Part shown: positions 8,890-19,242 of the stretch, piece by piece
Layout of the letters: each line of letters opens with the position of its first letter
Numbering within the stretch: position 1 is the stretch's first letter
Source of the DNA: an uncultured Microbacteriaceae bacterium
GTDB lineage: Bacteria > Actinomycetota > Actinomycetes > Actinomycetales > Microbacteriaceae
Direction: 5' to 3'
Assembly: GCA_943914115.1 (NCBI GenBank)
Contig: CALUAU010000001.1
Coordinates: forward strand, 1 to 39,197
DNA: 39,197 bases
Notes under the pieces: model-generated
What the model saw: the letters and a program-made list of their open reading frames with translations, nothing else
What the model was told of the DNA's origin: nothing
Database searches by the model: none
Program-made: the position numbers and the translations under genes

Positions 8890-10142
8890 TGAATACTCAA
8901 TCCACCCAAACCGTCGAGATGCCGGTGGTAGTCGACGTCGAATCGGTATCGAAGCGATTCGTGATCCAGAAGAACAAGTCGCTGAAAGAACGGCTGCTCA
9001 ATCCGCGTCGTTCGGTAACTCACCGACAGGATTTCTGGGCCCTCCGCGACGTCTCGCTTCAGATACGAGCCGGCGAGACCATCGGCCTCATCGGCCCAAA
9101 CGGGTCGGGCAAGTCGACACTGCTCAAAACACTCGGTGGCATTATTGAACCGACCTCAGGCAAGATCCGGTCGCGTGGACGGTTGGCTGCGCTGCTTGAA
9201 CTCGGCGCGGGCTTCCACCCAGACCTCACCGGCCGCGAGAATGTCTACCTCAACGCTTCGATACTTGGTCTCAGCCAGGCACAAACTGACGAACTATTTG
9301 ACGAGATTGTTGAGTTCTCGGGCATCGCAGAGTTCATCGATACCCAGGTGAAGTTTTATTCGTCCGGTATGTATGTTCGGCTCGCGTTTGCCGTTGCTAT
9401 CAACGTCGACCCAGACATTCTGCTCGTCGACGAGGTGCTCGCCGTCGGTGACGAAGCGTTCCAAGAAAAGTGCCTCGACAAGATCCGACGCTTCCAAGAA
9501 GAAGGCCGAACGATCATTCTTGTCTCACACAGTCTCGAGCAGATCACCAAGTTCTGCACCCGAGCAGTGGTGCTGGGGCACGGTCATGTTGTCTTCGACG
9601 GCCCAGCCGAAGAGGCGGTGAGTATTCTTCGTGCCGGGTTTGAGAGTGAGCTCGACAGCGATAAAGCTCGCGAGCGAATCGCCCGCGAACGAGCCCGCGA
9701 ACAGGAGCTGAAACGACTCCATGAACAACTTGACATCGTTGACATCGTCGCCACTCCGCAAAACGGCGAGGTACTCAGCCCGGGCGATGATCTGCAGGTT
9801 GAAGTGACGCTCAACTCGCGTGTCGATTTTGATCAGTGGGATCTGATGATTGCCCTTGTGAATCAGTTGGGAACCACAGTGCTCGCTACGTCGACTCACG
9901 TGACAGGTTCTCGAAATGTGCCCGTTGGTGGCAACTTCAAGGTGCATTTTGAGATTCCCGGTCTCTCTCTCGGTAGCGGTGCCTACACGGTGAATGCGAC
10001 TTTCTACGATGGCAAACGTCGTGAAATTTCTCGCGTCGAGTCGCTGGGGTCGTTTGAGGTGACCGCGGGCGCCGAGAGCATCGGGCCGGTGTACTCCAAA
10101 GTCGTGTCAACAATTCGAGACGCACCGGGCACCGAAGTTTAG
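8889..10142 (+). CDS. wzt: Polysaccharide ABC transporter ATPase with C-terminal Wzt_C-like domain
   Basis: Walker A GPNGSGKST, signature YSSGMYVRLAFA, Walker B ILLVDEVLAVGD; long beta-rich C-terminal extension; TAATG overlap with wzm. Confidence 0.93.
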   Translation: MNTQSTQTVEMPVVVDVESVSKRFVIQKNKSLKERLLNPRRSVTHRQDFWALRDVSLQIRAGETIGLIGPNGSGKSTLLKTLGGIIEPTSGKIRSRGRLAALLELGAGFHPDLTGRENVYLNASILGLSQAQTDELFDEIVEFSGIAEFIDTQVKFYSSGMYVRLAFAVAINVDPDILLVDEVLAVGDEAFQEKCLDKIRRFQEEGRTIILVSHSLEQITKFCTRAVVLGHGHVVFDGPAEEAVSILRAGFESELDSDKARERIARERAREQELKRLHEQLDIVDIVATPQNGEVLSPGDDLQVEVTLNSRVDFDQWDLMIALVNQLGTTVLATSTHVTGSRNVPVGGNFKVHFEIPGLSLGSGAYTVNATFYDGKRREISRVESLGSFEVTAGAESIGPVYSKVVSTIRDAPGTEV

Positions 10143-10164
10143 CCTGGCGCGAGAGGAGAACCAG

Positions 10165-11382
10165 ATGAGCGACCAGACGCCGGCAGACATCCGTGTAGTG
10201 ATGACTCTGATGGTGCGTGACGAAGCCGACATCATCAGCACCTGGCTCGAATATCACCTCTCACAAGACATCGATCAGATCATCGTGACCGACAACGCCT
10301 CGGTCGATGGCACCCGCGAGATCCTTGAAGGTTATGCCAGCAGGGGCCTGATTGATTTGCGCCACTACCCGCACCACGACAAGAAGCAATACCAGGTGGT
10401 CACGGCAATGGCGCGCGACGCGTACACGCAATACTCGGCGGATTGGGTATTGAACTCAGACGCCGATGAGTTCTGGGTCGTGCCCGAAAGCGACTCCCTC
10501 GGTAGTGTGGTTCGTTCACTCCCCCGGTCGGGAGAGTCATTCCCCATCCCGGTAAGCAACATGGTCGGTCGCATTCTCGAGACTGGCATCGACCTTGCCA
10601 ACACCACGCTTCGCGATGTTCGGTCACAGGAGCAGTTGGAGCTGGTCGGTTTGCACAGCCACCCAACGCATAATCTCATTCACCCAGGCCGTGACGATAT
10701 CGAGGTGGCGCAGGGAAATCATTTCAGTTCGGCTCCACAAGCAGACCAGCTGCCAGACGGTATTGCAATCGAGGTGCTGCACGTTCCGTGGCGCTCATGG
10801 CAGCAGTATCGCGATCGCGTCACCATGACTGGCAGAGCTTACGAATCAAGCCCCGATTTGAAGCCGAGCCCGCGCCACCACACCATGCGCGACTACCGCT
10901 GGCTCAAAGCAGACTTCCTCAAGCCTTTCTTTGTAGCTCGGCTGTCACCTTCGTTGAATGGTGACGGGTTCGCAGCAGACAGCCGCCTGGCGGATATTTG
11001 CAGGCGCATCACCGCTTCAGACGGCCCCGAGTCTTCCCCTGATGAGACGCAAGAGATCGCAAATCAAGACGACCTGCTCGAGAAGTATCTCGCCGCCGGC
11101 CCTGCTCTCGTTCACCTAGAAAACGACCGCGCGGCAGCCCTAACTGAAGCGCAGGAGAGCTTCAACGAGCTTGCAAAGCACAATCAGCTGCAACATGAAC
11201 GTATCGCCAATCTTGAGTCATCCCTAGAGACTGAGCGCGATCGTCGGCGGGAACGCGAACTACTGCTCGATCAAAAGGTTGTAGAACTCCTCGACGAAAA
11301 CGCTCACCTCAGAAACCAACTTCCACCCGCGTTCCTACAGCGCACCATCAACTTCGCTCGCCGGATGAAGCGACACAAGTAA
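10165..11382 (+). CDS. GT2-like glycosyltransferase with C-terminal coiled coil
   Basis: TLMVRDEADII...IVTDNASVDGTREIL...WVLNSDADEFW; heptad-like Glu/Leu/Arg-rich tail; GGAG RBS. Confidence 0.85.
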   Translation: MSDQTPADIRVVMTLMVRDEADIISTWLEYHLSQDIDQIIVTDNASVDGTREILEGYASRGLIDLRHYPHHDKKQYQVVTAMARDAYTQYSADWVLNSDADEFWVVPESDSLGSVVRSLPRSGESFPIPVSNMVGRILETGIDLANTTLRDVRSQEQLELVGLHSHPTHNLIHPGRDDIEVAQGNHFSSAPQADQLPDGIAIEVLHVPWRSWQQYRDRVTMTGRAYESSPDLKPSPRHHTMRDYRWLKADFLKPFFVARLSPSLNGDGFAADSRLADICRRITASDGPESSPDETQEIANQDDLLEKYLAAGPALVHLENDRAAALTEAQESFNELAKHNQLQHERIANLESSLETERDRRRERELLLDQKVVELLDENAHLRNQLPPAFLQRTINFARRMKRHK

Positions 11383-11418
11383 TCGATCTCGACCTGCCAC
11401 CACAACGGATCTAACCGA

Positions 11419-12333
11419 ATGAGAATACAAAAATTCAAGCAACTCAAGTCAATGGCACGTCGTTGTGTACCACGAACTATGCTCTGGAGGTCACAGCCCA
11501 TCCGACTATTCTCTTGGAAAGGCGACCAGCCGACCGGTAATTTTGGCGACCAACTCAGCAAAGAGCTGATCGAGCGTCTTTTCGCAGTGAATGCGGTTTA
11601 TGCCCCCATTGATGAATGCGAACTCGTGAGCATTGGCTCAGTCTTGCAAGAGGTCGAACGAACGGTAAGCTTTCGACGCCCCGTGATCTGGGGGTCTGGA
11701 TTCGTAGCTCCCGGCGAGAATTATGCTGGCCCACCGCTCGACGTTCGCGCGGTGCGTGGGCAGCTTTCACTGCAACGCATACGGCATCTCACGAAGCGGC
11801 ATATTGCCCTGGGCGATCCGGGAATCCTCACCCCGCTTGCCTTTCCAGAAATTACCAAAACCGCAACCCCTGACGTTAAAGTGAGTGTAATTCCACATTA
11901 TGTTGACCAAACGAGTGACACAGCACAAGAACTGATCTCCCGCTTGGGAGCTCATCACATCGACGTAATGGCACCGGTCAGCCAGGTGATCCAAGAAATT
12001 GCAGCGAGCGGATTTGTTATCTCGTCGAGCCTACACGGCGTGATTGTCGCTGAGTCGTTCGGCGTTCCAAATGCCTGGGTTCAGTTTAGCGACCAGGTAA
12101 TTGGCGGTCGTTACAAGTTTGACGATTTTTATTCAGCGTTCGCAACGAAGCGTGAACCCGTTTCACCGGCAGCGCTAATGGATGGGATCGACCAATACGT
12201 CTCACAGTGGCGCCCCCTGCGCAATCTGACATTCGTGCAATCCGAACTGATGCGTTCGTTCCCCCATCAGGCCGGCTGTGTGAATGCCAGCCAGCCGCGG
12301 GGCTCATCGTCGCAAGCGGCCGACAAGTCGTGA
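11419..12333 (+). CDS. Polysaccharide pyruvyltransferase (ExoV-like)
   Basis: NFGDQLS, SIGSVL, IWGSG, AVRGQLS, GDPGIL, IPHY, SSSLHGVIVAESFGVP and KFDDFY motifs. Confidence 0.85.
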   Translation: MRIQKFKQLKSMARRCVPRTMLWRSQPIRLFSWKGDQPTGNFGDQLSKELIERLFAVNAVYAPIDECELVSIGSVLQEVERTVSFRRPVIWGSGFVAPGENYAGPPLDVRAVRGQLSLQRIRHLTKRHIALGDPGILTPLAFPEITKTATPDVKVSVIPHYVDQTSDTAQELISRLGAHHIDVMAPVSQVIQEIAASGFVISSSLHGVIVAESFGVPNAWVQFSDQVIGGRYKFDDFYSAFATKREPVSPAALMDGIDQYVSQWRPLRNLTFVQSELMRSFPHQAGCVNASQPRGSSSQAADKS

Positions 12334-13413
12334 AACTCGGTTTTTAATTTTGCCGAGTGCCCGCGCCGGCAGGCTACGCGACCGTCGGGCCGACCGCTGC
12401 TGAATGGCAAGCAAATCCTGTTCAACTTTCTGAAGATTCCGCCGGTAGGCTGCAACCTCTGCCCGAAGCTGCGACAGTTCAGCAATATCCCGATGAGCGA
12501 AAGACGAGCCCAGCTCTTCACGCACTTGTGCTCTCTCAGCCTCCGTTGAAAGCCGCGCATACTCTCGCTGCGCGTCGTCTGCCAGCTTGCGGATCTCCCA
12601 ATCGATTGCCCGCCCTTCTCGGCTGCCGGGTTGGTAACCCAATCGGTCGGCGATGGCGCTCCCCCGCACATACGCATCGAAGAGGCCAAGAACGTGCCGT
12701 GAAGTTGGCGCACTCGTCACTATTGAGCCCTCGCGGATGCGTCGGTGCAGGAGCGGGCGAGATTCATAGGCGACGCGTTTTGCGGCGAGGGCGTTCAGCA
12801 GGGTGTAGGGGTTGTCTTCGTGAAAGGTTCCCTCTGGGAATGTGACACCCTCACGTTCGATAAATGAGCGACGTGCGAGTTGCAGTGGTGGCCCTGGCTT
12901 CCAGTCATCGTTTGCTGTCATCTCGACGAGGAGCTCGACACCTGGCTTAACACCGGAGTAGCTGTCGCTGCGCTGATAGTAGTTGCGGTAGCCACCCTTT
13001 TCGAGTTCGAGTTGCGGCGAATCAAAGAACGGTTCGGCGTCAAAATACAGGATGTCGAGCTGTTCATCGTTCGCTTTCTTTGAAAGCACCGCTAGCGCTT
13101 CTTCGTGCAGACGGTCATCGCTGTCTAAGAAGTAGAGGAAGTCTCCCGTCGCTTGCTGGATCCCGAAGTTTCGCGCTGCACCAACGCCCCGGTTTGTTTC
13201 GAGAGCGAAGAGGTGAATACGTGCGTCGCCAGCAGCTAGTTCTTCTGCGATAGCGAATGACCCGTCGGTGGAGCCGTCGTCAACGATGATGATCTCAAGA
13301 TCACGAAGTGTTTGCTGTGTGACACTTGAAATTGTTTCAACTAGATACTCGCTCGCGTTATAGACCGGCACGATAACCGAAACACGGGGCTGGTTCTCAG
13401 CAGAGCTCGTCAT
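12304..13413 (-). CDS. GT2 family glycosyltransferase with short C-terminal coiled coil
   Basis: VSVIVPVYNAS, IIVDDGSTDGS, GAARNFG, FLDSDD and HEDNPY motifs. Confidence 0.9.
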   Translation of the reverse strand: MTSSAENQPRVSVIVPVYNASEYLVETISSVTQQTLRDLEIIIVDDGSTDGSFAIAEELAAGDARIHLFALETNRGVGAARNFGIQQATGDFLYFLDSDDRLHEEALAVLSKKANDEQLDILYFDAEPFFDSPQLELEKGGYRNYYQRSDSYSGVKPGVELLVEMTANDDWKPGPPLQLARRSFIEREGVTFPEGTFHEDNPYTLLNALAAKRVAYESRPLLHRRIREGSIVTSAPTSRHVLGLFDAYVRGSAIADRLGYQPGSREGRAIDWEIRKLADDAQREYARLSTEAERAQVREELGSSFAHRDIAELSQLRAEVAAYRRNLQKVEQDLLAIQQRSARRSRSLPARALGKIKNRVSRLVGRLRR

Positions 13414-13418
13414 CAGAT

Positions 13419-14285
13419 CTACGCCTGGTCGAGCAGTCGCTGGATGTAGCGACCGTAGCCCGACTTCTTCAGTGGTTCGCCAAGTCGAGCGAGCTGCTCG
13501 TCATCAATCCAGCCTGCACGCCAGGCAATCTCTTCGATGCAGCCGATCTTGAGCCCCTGACGATCTTCGATCACCTTCACGTATTCGGAAGCTTGCATCA
13601 TCGACTCGAAGGTGCCGGTATCGAGCCAGGCGGTGCCGCGGTCGAGCACGTGCACCTGCAGTTTGCCGGCGTCGAGGTAGGCCGAGTTCACCGACGAGAT
13701 CTCAAGCTCGCCGCGTGCCGACGGCTTGACGTTCTTGGCGATTTCGATGACATCGTTGTCGTAGAAGTACAGCCCGGGCACTGCGTAGTTCGACTTCGGC
13801 TGCTCGGGCTTTTCTTCGATCGACAGCGCCTTCATGTGCTCGTCGAACTCGACCACACCGTAGGCGGTCGGGTCGGCCACCTGGTAGGCGAAAATGAGCC
13901 CGCCATCGATCTCACCGTGAGCGCGCAGCGACGACCCGAGGCCGGTGCCGTGGAAGATATTGTCGCCGAGCACGAGCGCGCATCCCGAGTCGCCAATGAA
14001 CTCTTCACCGATGATGAATGCCTGTGCGAGCCCGTCGGGGCTGGGCTGCTCGGCGTATTCGATTGTCATGCCGAGGTGTGAGCCATCACCGAGCAGTGCG
14101 CGGAACTGCGAGTTGTACTCGGGTGTAGTGATGATCAGCACCTCGCGAATGTCGGCCATCATGAGAGTCGACAGCGGGTAGTAGATCATCGGCTTGTCGT
14201 AGATGGGCATGAGCTGCTTCGAGATGCCCTTGGTGATCGGCCAGAGTCGAGTGCCCGAACCCCCGGCGAGGATGATGCCCTTCAT
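13419..14285 (-). CDS. rmlA: Glucose-1-phosphate thymidylyltransferase
   Basis: [18 protein letters not shown]...[18 protein letters not shown]...GTAWLDTGT. Confidence 0.97.
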   Translation of the reverse strand: MKGIILAGGSGTRLWPITKGISKQLMPIYDKPMIYYPLSTLMMADIREVLIITTPEYNSQFRALLGDGSHLGMTIEYAEQPSPDGLAQAFIIGEEFIGDSGCALVLGDNIFHGTGLGSSLRAHGEIDGGLIFAYQVADPTAYGVVEFDEHMKALSIEEKPEQPKSNYAVPGLYFYDNDVIEIAKNVKPSARGELEISSVNSAYLDAGKLQVHVLDRGTAWLDTGTFESMMQASEYVKVIEDRQGLKIGCIEEIAWRAGWIDDEQLARLGEPLKKSGYGRYIQRLLDQA

Positions 14286-14287
14286 GC

Positions 14288-14902
14288 TTACGCACCTGCC
14301 TTTTCATTGAGCTCGTTGTAGAACGCCACGCAGTCGTCATACTTTGGCAACAGCCCCTGCTCTTTCGCTTTGAGCAGGCCCGGTGCCTCGGTGTCTTTGG
14401 GTGAGAGCAGCAGTTCATCTTCGGCCAGCTGCAGATCGAGCCCAATGGTTTTGCACAGCGGGTTCACGCCGTGTTCGCGTCCGGGCGCATATGTGGCCGA
14501 GCAGAGATAGCTGACGGTCGAGTCGTCTTCGAGCGCGACGAAACAGTGGCCGAGGCCTTCGGGGATGTAGATGGCGCGGCGGTCGACATCGTCAAGGCGC
14601 ACCTGGTCCCACTGACCGAAGGTGGGCGAGCCAACACGAATGTCGATCACGAAATCGATCACGGCGCCACGGGTGCAGGTGACATACTTCGCCTGGCTCG
14701 GCGGCACATCCGCGAAGTGGATACCACGTACCGTGCCTCGTTTCGACACCGAGGTGTTCGCCTGCTTGAGGTCGAGCGGGTGCCCCACCGCCTCGGCGAG
14801 CTTGTCGAATCGGTAGTACTCGAGGAAGATTCCTCGGTCGTCGGGGAACTGCTTCGGCGTGATCTCGAAGCTACCTGCAATGCTCAGTTCGCGGATTTCC
14901 AT
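14288..14902 (-). CDS. rmlC: dTDP-4-dehydrorhamnose 3,5-epimerase
   Basis: [43 protein letters not shown] and LSPKD motifs. Confidence 0.96.
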   Translation of the reverse strand: MEIRELSIAGSFEITPKQFPDDRGIFLEYYRFDKLAEAVGHPLDLKQANTSVSKRGTVRGIHFADVPPSQAKYVTCTRGAVIDFVIDIRVGSPTFGQWDQVRLDDVDRRAIYIPEGLGHCFVALEDDSTVSYLCSATYAPGREHGVNPLCKTIGLDLQLAEDELLLSPKDTEAPGLLKAKEQGLLPKYDDCVAFYNELNEKAGA

Positions 14903-15026
14903 AGTTAGCAGTGTACGGCTCGATTATGCACATGACCGACACCATGAGTGAATCCGCAAAGAAGCGCGGAAAGCTTGCGTGAGTCACACCCTAAGTTATC
15001 TGCGGGCTCGAATCGCGCTGCTGAGC

Positions 15027-18008
15027 TTATTGGTCGGCCTCAGCAGTGGTGCGTCGTCGAGCGCGCCTATCCATCACGGCAAGTGCGAATACGCCTACCA
15101 GAGTGATTGCCGACACGGCTGCGCCTACTCGCAAGCCAGGGGTTCGGTATTCGAGCGTGATCGTGTGCTCTCCCGCTTCTGGAACATACACGGCCCCTCC
15201 CACGTGATCAGCTCGAAGCAACTCGGTCTGCTGCCCGTCAATGGTGGCTGTCCACCCTGATCGGTCGAGCGAGTCAGCCACGACCACCCAACCAGCGCCC
15301 GTGGAGTTCACCCGAATTGTGCTCTGGTCAAGATCGTCGCTTGGCAGCACCTCTATCGTTGCTGTTGATCCAGGGGTTGTGGCATTGGCGGGGTTGCGTT
15401 CGAGCACGACCGTCTCTGGCGCCAGGCTGCTGCCCAATAGGTCGATACGTGCCGCTGCGTCTTCTTCAACTGCGACTTCATTAGCCCAGCGCACTCGGTC
15501 GAGCGCGCTTGTGCGTTCGAGCAGAGTGACGTTTCCCGTTTGCGCCACATTCACCCCATCGGGGATGGGGCGAATGGCAGCGATAGTAATTTTTCCCTGG
15601 TCATCTGCCCCAAAGGTGACGATTCCGGGTAGTTCTTCGGCCTCAAGCTCAAGGTGCCAGGGTTGGTCTTCAGAGAACTCATCACCATCGAACGGAATGA
15701 ATGTTTCCTTATCGATCTTCCGCAACAAAAACTCGGTCTCCGTTAGCACGGCACCGTCTTGCCCAACTATTCGCGCGTTCAGAGGTATGGCAGCGCCGGC
15801 GGGAACTTGCGCATCCAAAGCTGCGATCTGAATGCCACGGATGGGGCCGGCGAACTGTCCACTGCGAATCACCTCATCGGGGCGCAAGTCAGTGGACGAG
15901 ACGCTACTACTTAATATTTCCCGGCGACCGGGCACCGATTCAGCACTCCCTACCGCAACGTAGCGCACGGCTAAGCGATCGAGGATTCGGCTGTCAATAA
16001 CCCCGTCGAGTTGATCTGACGGAATGTTCGGGTATGTCGCGGTAACGAGCACATCGGGATAGACCTGCTGCAGCATGTCTTTCCATCGCCCGGTCATGAA
16101 CGCGTGGCCGAGCACATCCCGGGTTTTGTACACCGTTGATGCTCCCATTGGCAATGCTCCGCCCAGAGCGACGAACCTGTCTTCACCGAGGTTTTCCTGC
16201 AGATAGGTAAATGCTTCAGCAGGTGCGTAGTAACTCTCGGGTTTGCTGTGCGGCCACCAAGCTCGCACAATGAGCAGGCTTGGCACAGCCATGACTGTGA
16301 TCAATCCCACTGCAACGAGGTTCTGGAACCAACGCTGCCGCACTAGCAGGATGAGCGCCACCATCACGAGCGCGACAACAGCGAATACGGCCGAGTATTT
16401 GACCCACCTGGCTGACCATTCCGGTAGCTTTGAACCTTCTTGCGCGACGCTCGCCGCCTGTATTACGAGTACCGCGAAAACTGCGGCAAGCGCCCAGCCC
16501 GCGAGGTCGCGCAGTGTAGTGCGTGTGGCAGCAACACGACTGCTTGTGGTTTCACTCTGCGCCAGCGCAGGCATACGGGCGCTCATGAGCGCCGTGACAC
16601 CGTAGGCAGCGAGCACAGCGACACAGAATCCGAAAACTGCCCGTAGACGACCGATCAAGCTGGTGCTCATCGTCGGCAATTGCTGAATTACGTCGAGCAC
16701 GGGCCCGCCCCAATACATCGCTATGCCGCTCAGTGTCGCTGCGACGACAAAGAACCACATCGGCGCCCGTGCAACCTGCAACCGTCGGTGAAATACCAGT
16801 GCGATCAGGGCGCAAAGCACGACCACCACACCCAAATACGACAGCGCTTCTACCGGGTTGAACGGTCCGGTGAAGTTCTTTAGTCCGGCTGTGCCAATTG
16901 CATACGGCAGGATGGCGGTTCCAAACGCTTCTGGGTTGAGCGACGACCCACGGTAGTTGCGTACCGAAAAATCGAGCACATCTTTGGAGTTCAAATAGAA
17001 CGGCAAGAGCGCGACGGCGGCGAGCGCCCCGGCGCTGATCATCCCGGCCGCGTATCGCAATGCGTCACCGCCGAACTGCCAGATTGCACCGGATTCACGC
17101 CACCGGGTCTGCGCAACTGCACGAACAACGCCGTAGGCGCAGGTGAGATACGCGGTATGGAAAACTAGCGCCGGGAAACCGCCCAGCCACATCGCGGCGA
17201 AGGCGAGCGCAAGTGGCCAAAAGGCAAACCATTTTCGGCGAGTGACGGCGTAGTCGACGGCCCAGAAAGCGAGCGGGATGAGCGCGGCAACACGGGTCTG
17301 TGGCCAGTTGGTCCAGGCAATCATGAATCCCGATGAACAGAATGCAAGCGAGGCCAAGGGCCAGGTGACCGCCGGGAGTTTAAGTCGTCGCAGGAATAGT
17401 GACATGCCAAGCGCCACTACCGCGAACTCAAGCACCTTGACGAGGGCCGGGGCGATTTCTGGCGGCGCAATCCACCATGGCAGCGACAGGGGTGACATCA
17501 GGCCGGAGTTCGGCAAACCCGCGAACTCCTCGCCACCGACCATGTAGGGGTTCCATTCGGGGAAGTCTCCCTGATGGAGACGATCTGCAAACTCAATGGA
17601 GCGGGGAATGACCGAGTCGACGGTGTCGACAGAAACGATGTTGATCAGTTCGCCGTCAATCGTGGCGTTCTCCCAGTATGCCGGTGAACGCAAGAGCATG
17701 TCGGTTGCGGCGAACACTTTGCCCGAGAAAAGTGACGAGAGCACCGAAACCACAACAAACCCGACGTATATCGCCCAGCCAAGGCCCACCGCAGCAACAG
17801 CAAGTCGGCTCCGACGCCGGTCAGCATCACTCACGAACTTGCTTCGGTCAACCGCGTGGGCGCCGACGGCTTCGTTGGCCATGCGGCTATCAGAAGCAGG
17901 GTTTGACGGTTGTTGTTCTCCCGCATTGGCTGCTACCTGCTCGGGAGAAGCCGCAGCGGAAGGATCCGTGTGGTTCGGATTCGCGCGCGATACCGATTCG
18001 TTGGTCAT
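15027..18008 (-). CDS. YfhO-family large membrane protein (putative GT-C, polyprenyl-phosphate-sugar-dependent glycosyltransferase)
   Basis: PEWNPYMVGG motif followed by many TM segments; C-terminal GWVVVADS...GWTATIDG...GEHTITLEYRTPGLRVG plus final TM, typical of YfhO. Confidence 0.82.
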   Translation of the reverse strand: MTNESVSRANPNHTDPSAAASPEQVAANAGEQQPSNPASDSRMANEAVGAHAVDRSKFVSDADRRRSRLAVAAVGLGWAIYVGFVVVSVLSSLFSGKVFAATDMLLRSPAYWENATIDGELINIVSVDTVDSVIPRSIEFADRLHQGDFPEWNPYMVGGEEFAGLPNSGLMSPLSLPWWIAPPEIAPALVKVLEFAVVALGMSLFLRRLKLPAVTWPLASLAFCSSGFMIAWTNWPQTRVAALIPLAFWAVDYAVTRRKWFAFWPLALAFAAMWLGGFPALVFHTAYLTCAYGVVRAVAQTRWRESGAIWQFGGDALRYAAGMISAGALAAVALLPFYLNSKDVLDFSVRNYRGSSLNPEAFGTAILPYAIGTAGLKNFTGPFNPVEALSYLGVVVVLCALIALVFHRRLQVARAPMWFFVVAATLSGIAMYWGGPVLDVIQQLPTMSTSLIGRLRAVFGFCVAVLAAYGVTALMSARMPALAQSETTSSRVAATRTTLRDLAGWALAAVFAVLVIQAASVAQEGSKLPEWSARWVKYSAVFAVVALVMVALILLVRQRWFQNLVAVGLITVMAVPSLLIVRAWWPHSKPESYYAPAEAFTYLQENLGEDRFVALGGALPMGASTVYKTRDVLGHAFMTGRWKDMLQQVYPDVLVTATYPNIPSDQLDGVIDSRILDRLAVRYVAVGSAESVPGRREILSSSVSSTDLRPDEVIRSGQFAGPIRGIQIAALDAQVPAGAAIPLNARIVGQDGAVLTETEFLLRKIDKETFIPFDGDEFSEDQPWHLELEAEELPGIVTFGADDQGKITIAAIRPIPDGVNVAQTGNVTLLERTSALDRVRWANEVAVEEDAAARIDLLGSSLAPETVVLERNPANATTPGSTATIEVLPSDDLDQSTIRVNSTGAGWVVVADSLDRSGWTATIDGQQTELLRADHVGGAVYVPEAGEHTITLEYRTPGLRVGAAVSAITLVGVFALAVMDRRARRRTTAEADQ

Positions 18009-18105
18009 TGTGCTCCCATAATCAAGTACTGCCAGCCACCGTCACGCCACAACGAACCCCGACGCCGAATGACCAAGTTTTGCCATGTATGCGGCAGGTT
18101 TCGAA

Positions 18106-18158
18106 CTGAAGTATCTGACGCGAATATCCGAAGGGCGTATGACGTCAAGATACCTCAG
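18106..18158. other. Imperfect intergenic inverted repeat (hairpin)
   Basis: CTGAAGTATCTGACG (18106-18120) pairs with CGTCAAGATACCTCAG (18143-18158), one mismatch and one bulge. Confidence 0.5.
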
Positions 18159-18305
18159 CCTAACAATCGAGCCGCGCCAGTCGCCCACCGAGCTTCGGGG
18201 TGCACCTAGACCGCTCAGTCAGTGATGCATTGCAGGATTTCGACACAATGCTTCGCACCCTACGCCCCAATCAAAGCTGTCGTCGCACCAAAACTAGAAA
18301 CGCAC

Positions 18306-19235
18306 TCACTTCTCGTCTGCCCCACGTTTACGGCCCGCAAACACAAAGACAACACCGAGCACAACATCGGCAATTGTGAGCAGCACGCGCGACAACAAAA
18401 CCACCGCAATCGCTGCCGCCGAACCAATACTCGGCGCAATCACGGCGCCAAGCACCGCCTCCCGCACACCAACACCGGCCGGCGCGAACACCATGATGAA
18501 TCCCGCTACCCAGGCGAGCGAATAGGCGGCCGTTGCCAGCAGGAAAGTGTCAACGCCTATCTCCCACCCCATCGCCACTGCGAGTGTCCAAACCTGCCCA
18601 CCGGCGAGCAGCCACGCGACAAGCGACCAGAACGTCGCTGCAGCAACTGCTGCTCCAGAAATGGCCGGCGCATTCGTCGCGAGCTTCGCTTTCTTAGCAA
18701 CAAAAGCCAGGGCCCGGTTGAGCACCGGCGGTGCGAGCGAAATCGCCACCAGCGGCAGCACCAACACCACCCACCAAAAACGATCGCGAAGTTCGGCCGG
18801 GCCGAACAGCAGCGCCAGTGCCCCAAGCACGATGCCCGTTGCGATCGACAGCAGCAGGCTGACGAACATCACCAGCACCGATTTACTTCGCGGAATCTCG
18901 TGATCTTTACCCAATTCCGCGGCGGCAAGGAAGTTCCAGATGCCACCTGGAAGGTATTTTCCAAGCTGCGAAACAAAGAAGATTCTGGCGGCGGCCCCCG
19001 GTGGAAGTTGCGTTCCGAAGCCCCGCAACACCACTCGCCACGCAATAAAGGTGATGGCCACATACGCGAAACCCAGAAACAGCGCGCCCAGCAGCGACCA
19101 GGCATTGAGCGCGCTGACCGCAGCAACAATCTCGTCCCATTGCGACACCAGTGCCCAGATACACAGCGCGAAAGCGACGGTCAGAAAGCCAACTCGCACC
19201 CAGGTGGATTGCAATAGGTCTAGCAGTTTTTGCAT
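18306..19235 (-). CDS. Lysylphosphatidylglycerol-synthase TM domain (UPF0104) flippase-like membrane protein
   Basis: About 8 TM segments; SQLGKYLPGGIW and APAGVGVREA motifs. Confidence 0.82.
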   Translation of the reverse strand: MQKLLDLLQSTWVRVGFLTVAFALCIWALVSQWDEIVAAVSALNAWSLLGALFLGFAYVAITFIAWRVVLRGFGTQLPPGAAARIFFVSQLGKYLPGGIWNFLAAAELGKDHEIPRSKSVLVMFVSLLLSIATGIVLGALALLFGPAELRDRFWWVVLVLPLVAISLAPPVLNRALAFVAKKAKLATNAPAISGAAVAAATFWSLVAWLLAGGQVWTLAVAMGWEIGVDTFLLATAAYSLAWVAGFIMVFAPAGVGVREAVLGAVIAPSIGSAAAIAVVLLSRVLLTIADVVLGVVFVFAGRKRGADEK

Positions 19236-19242
19236 CGCGTGC

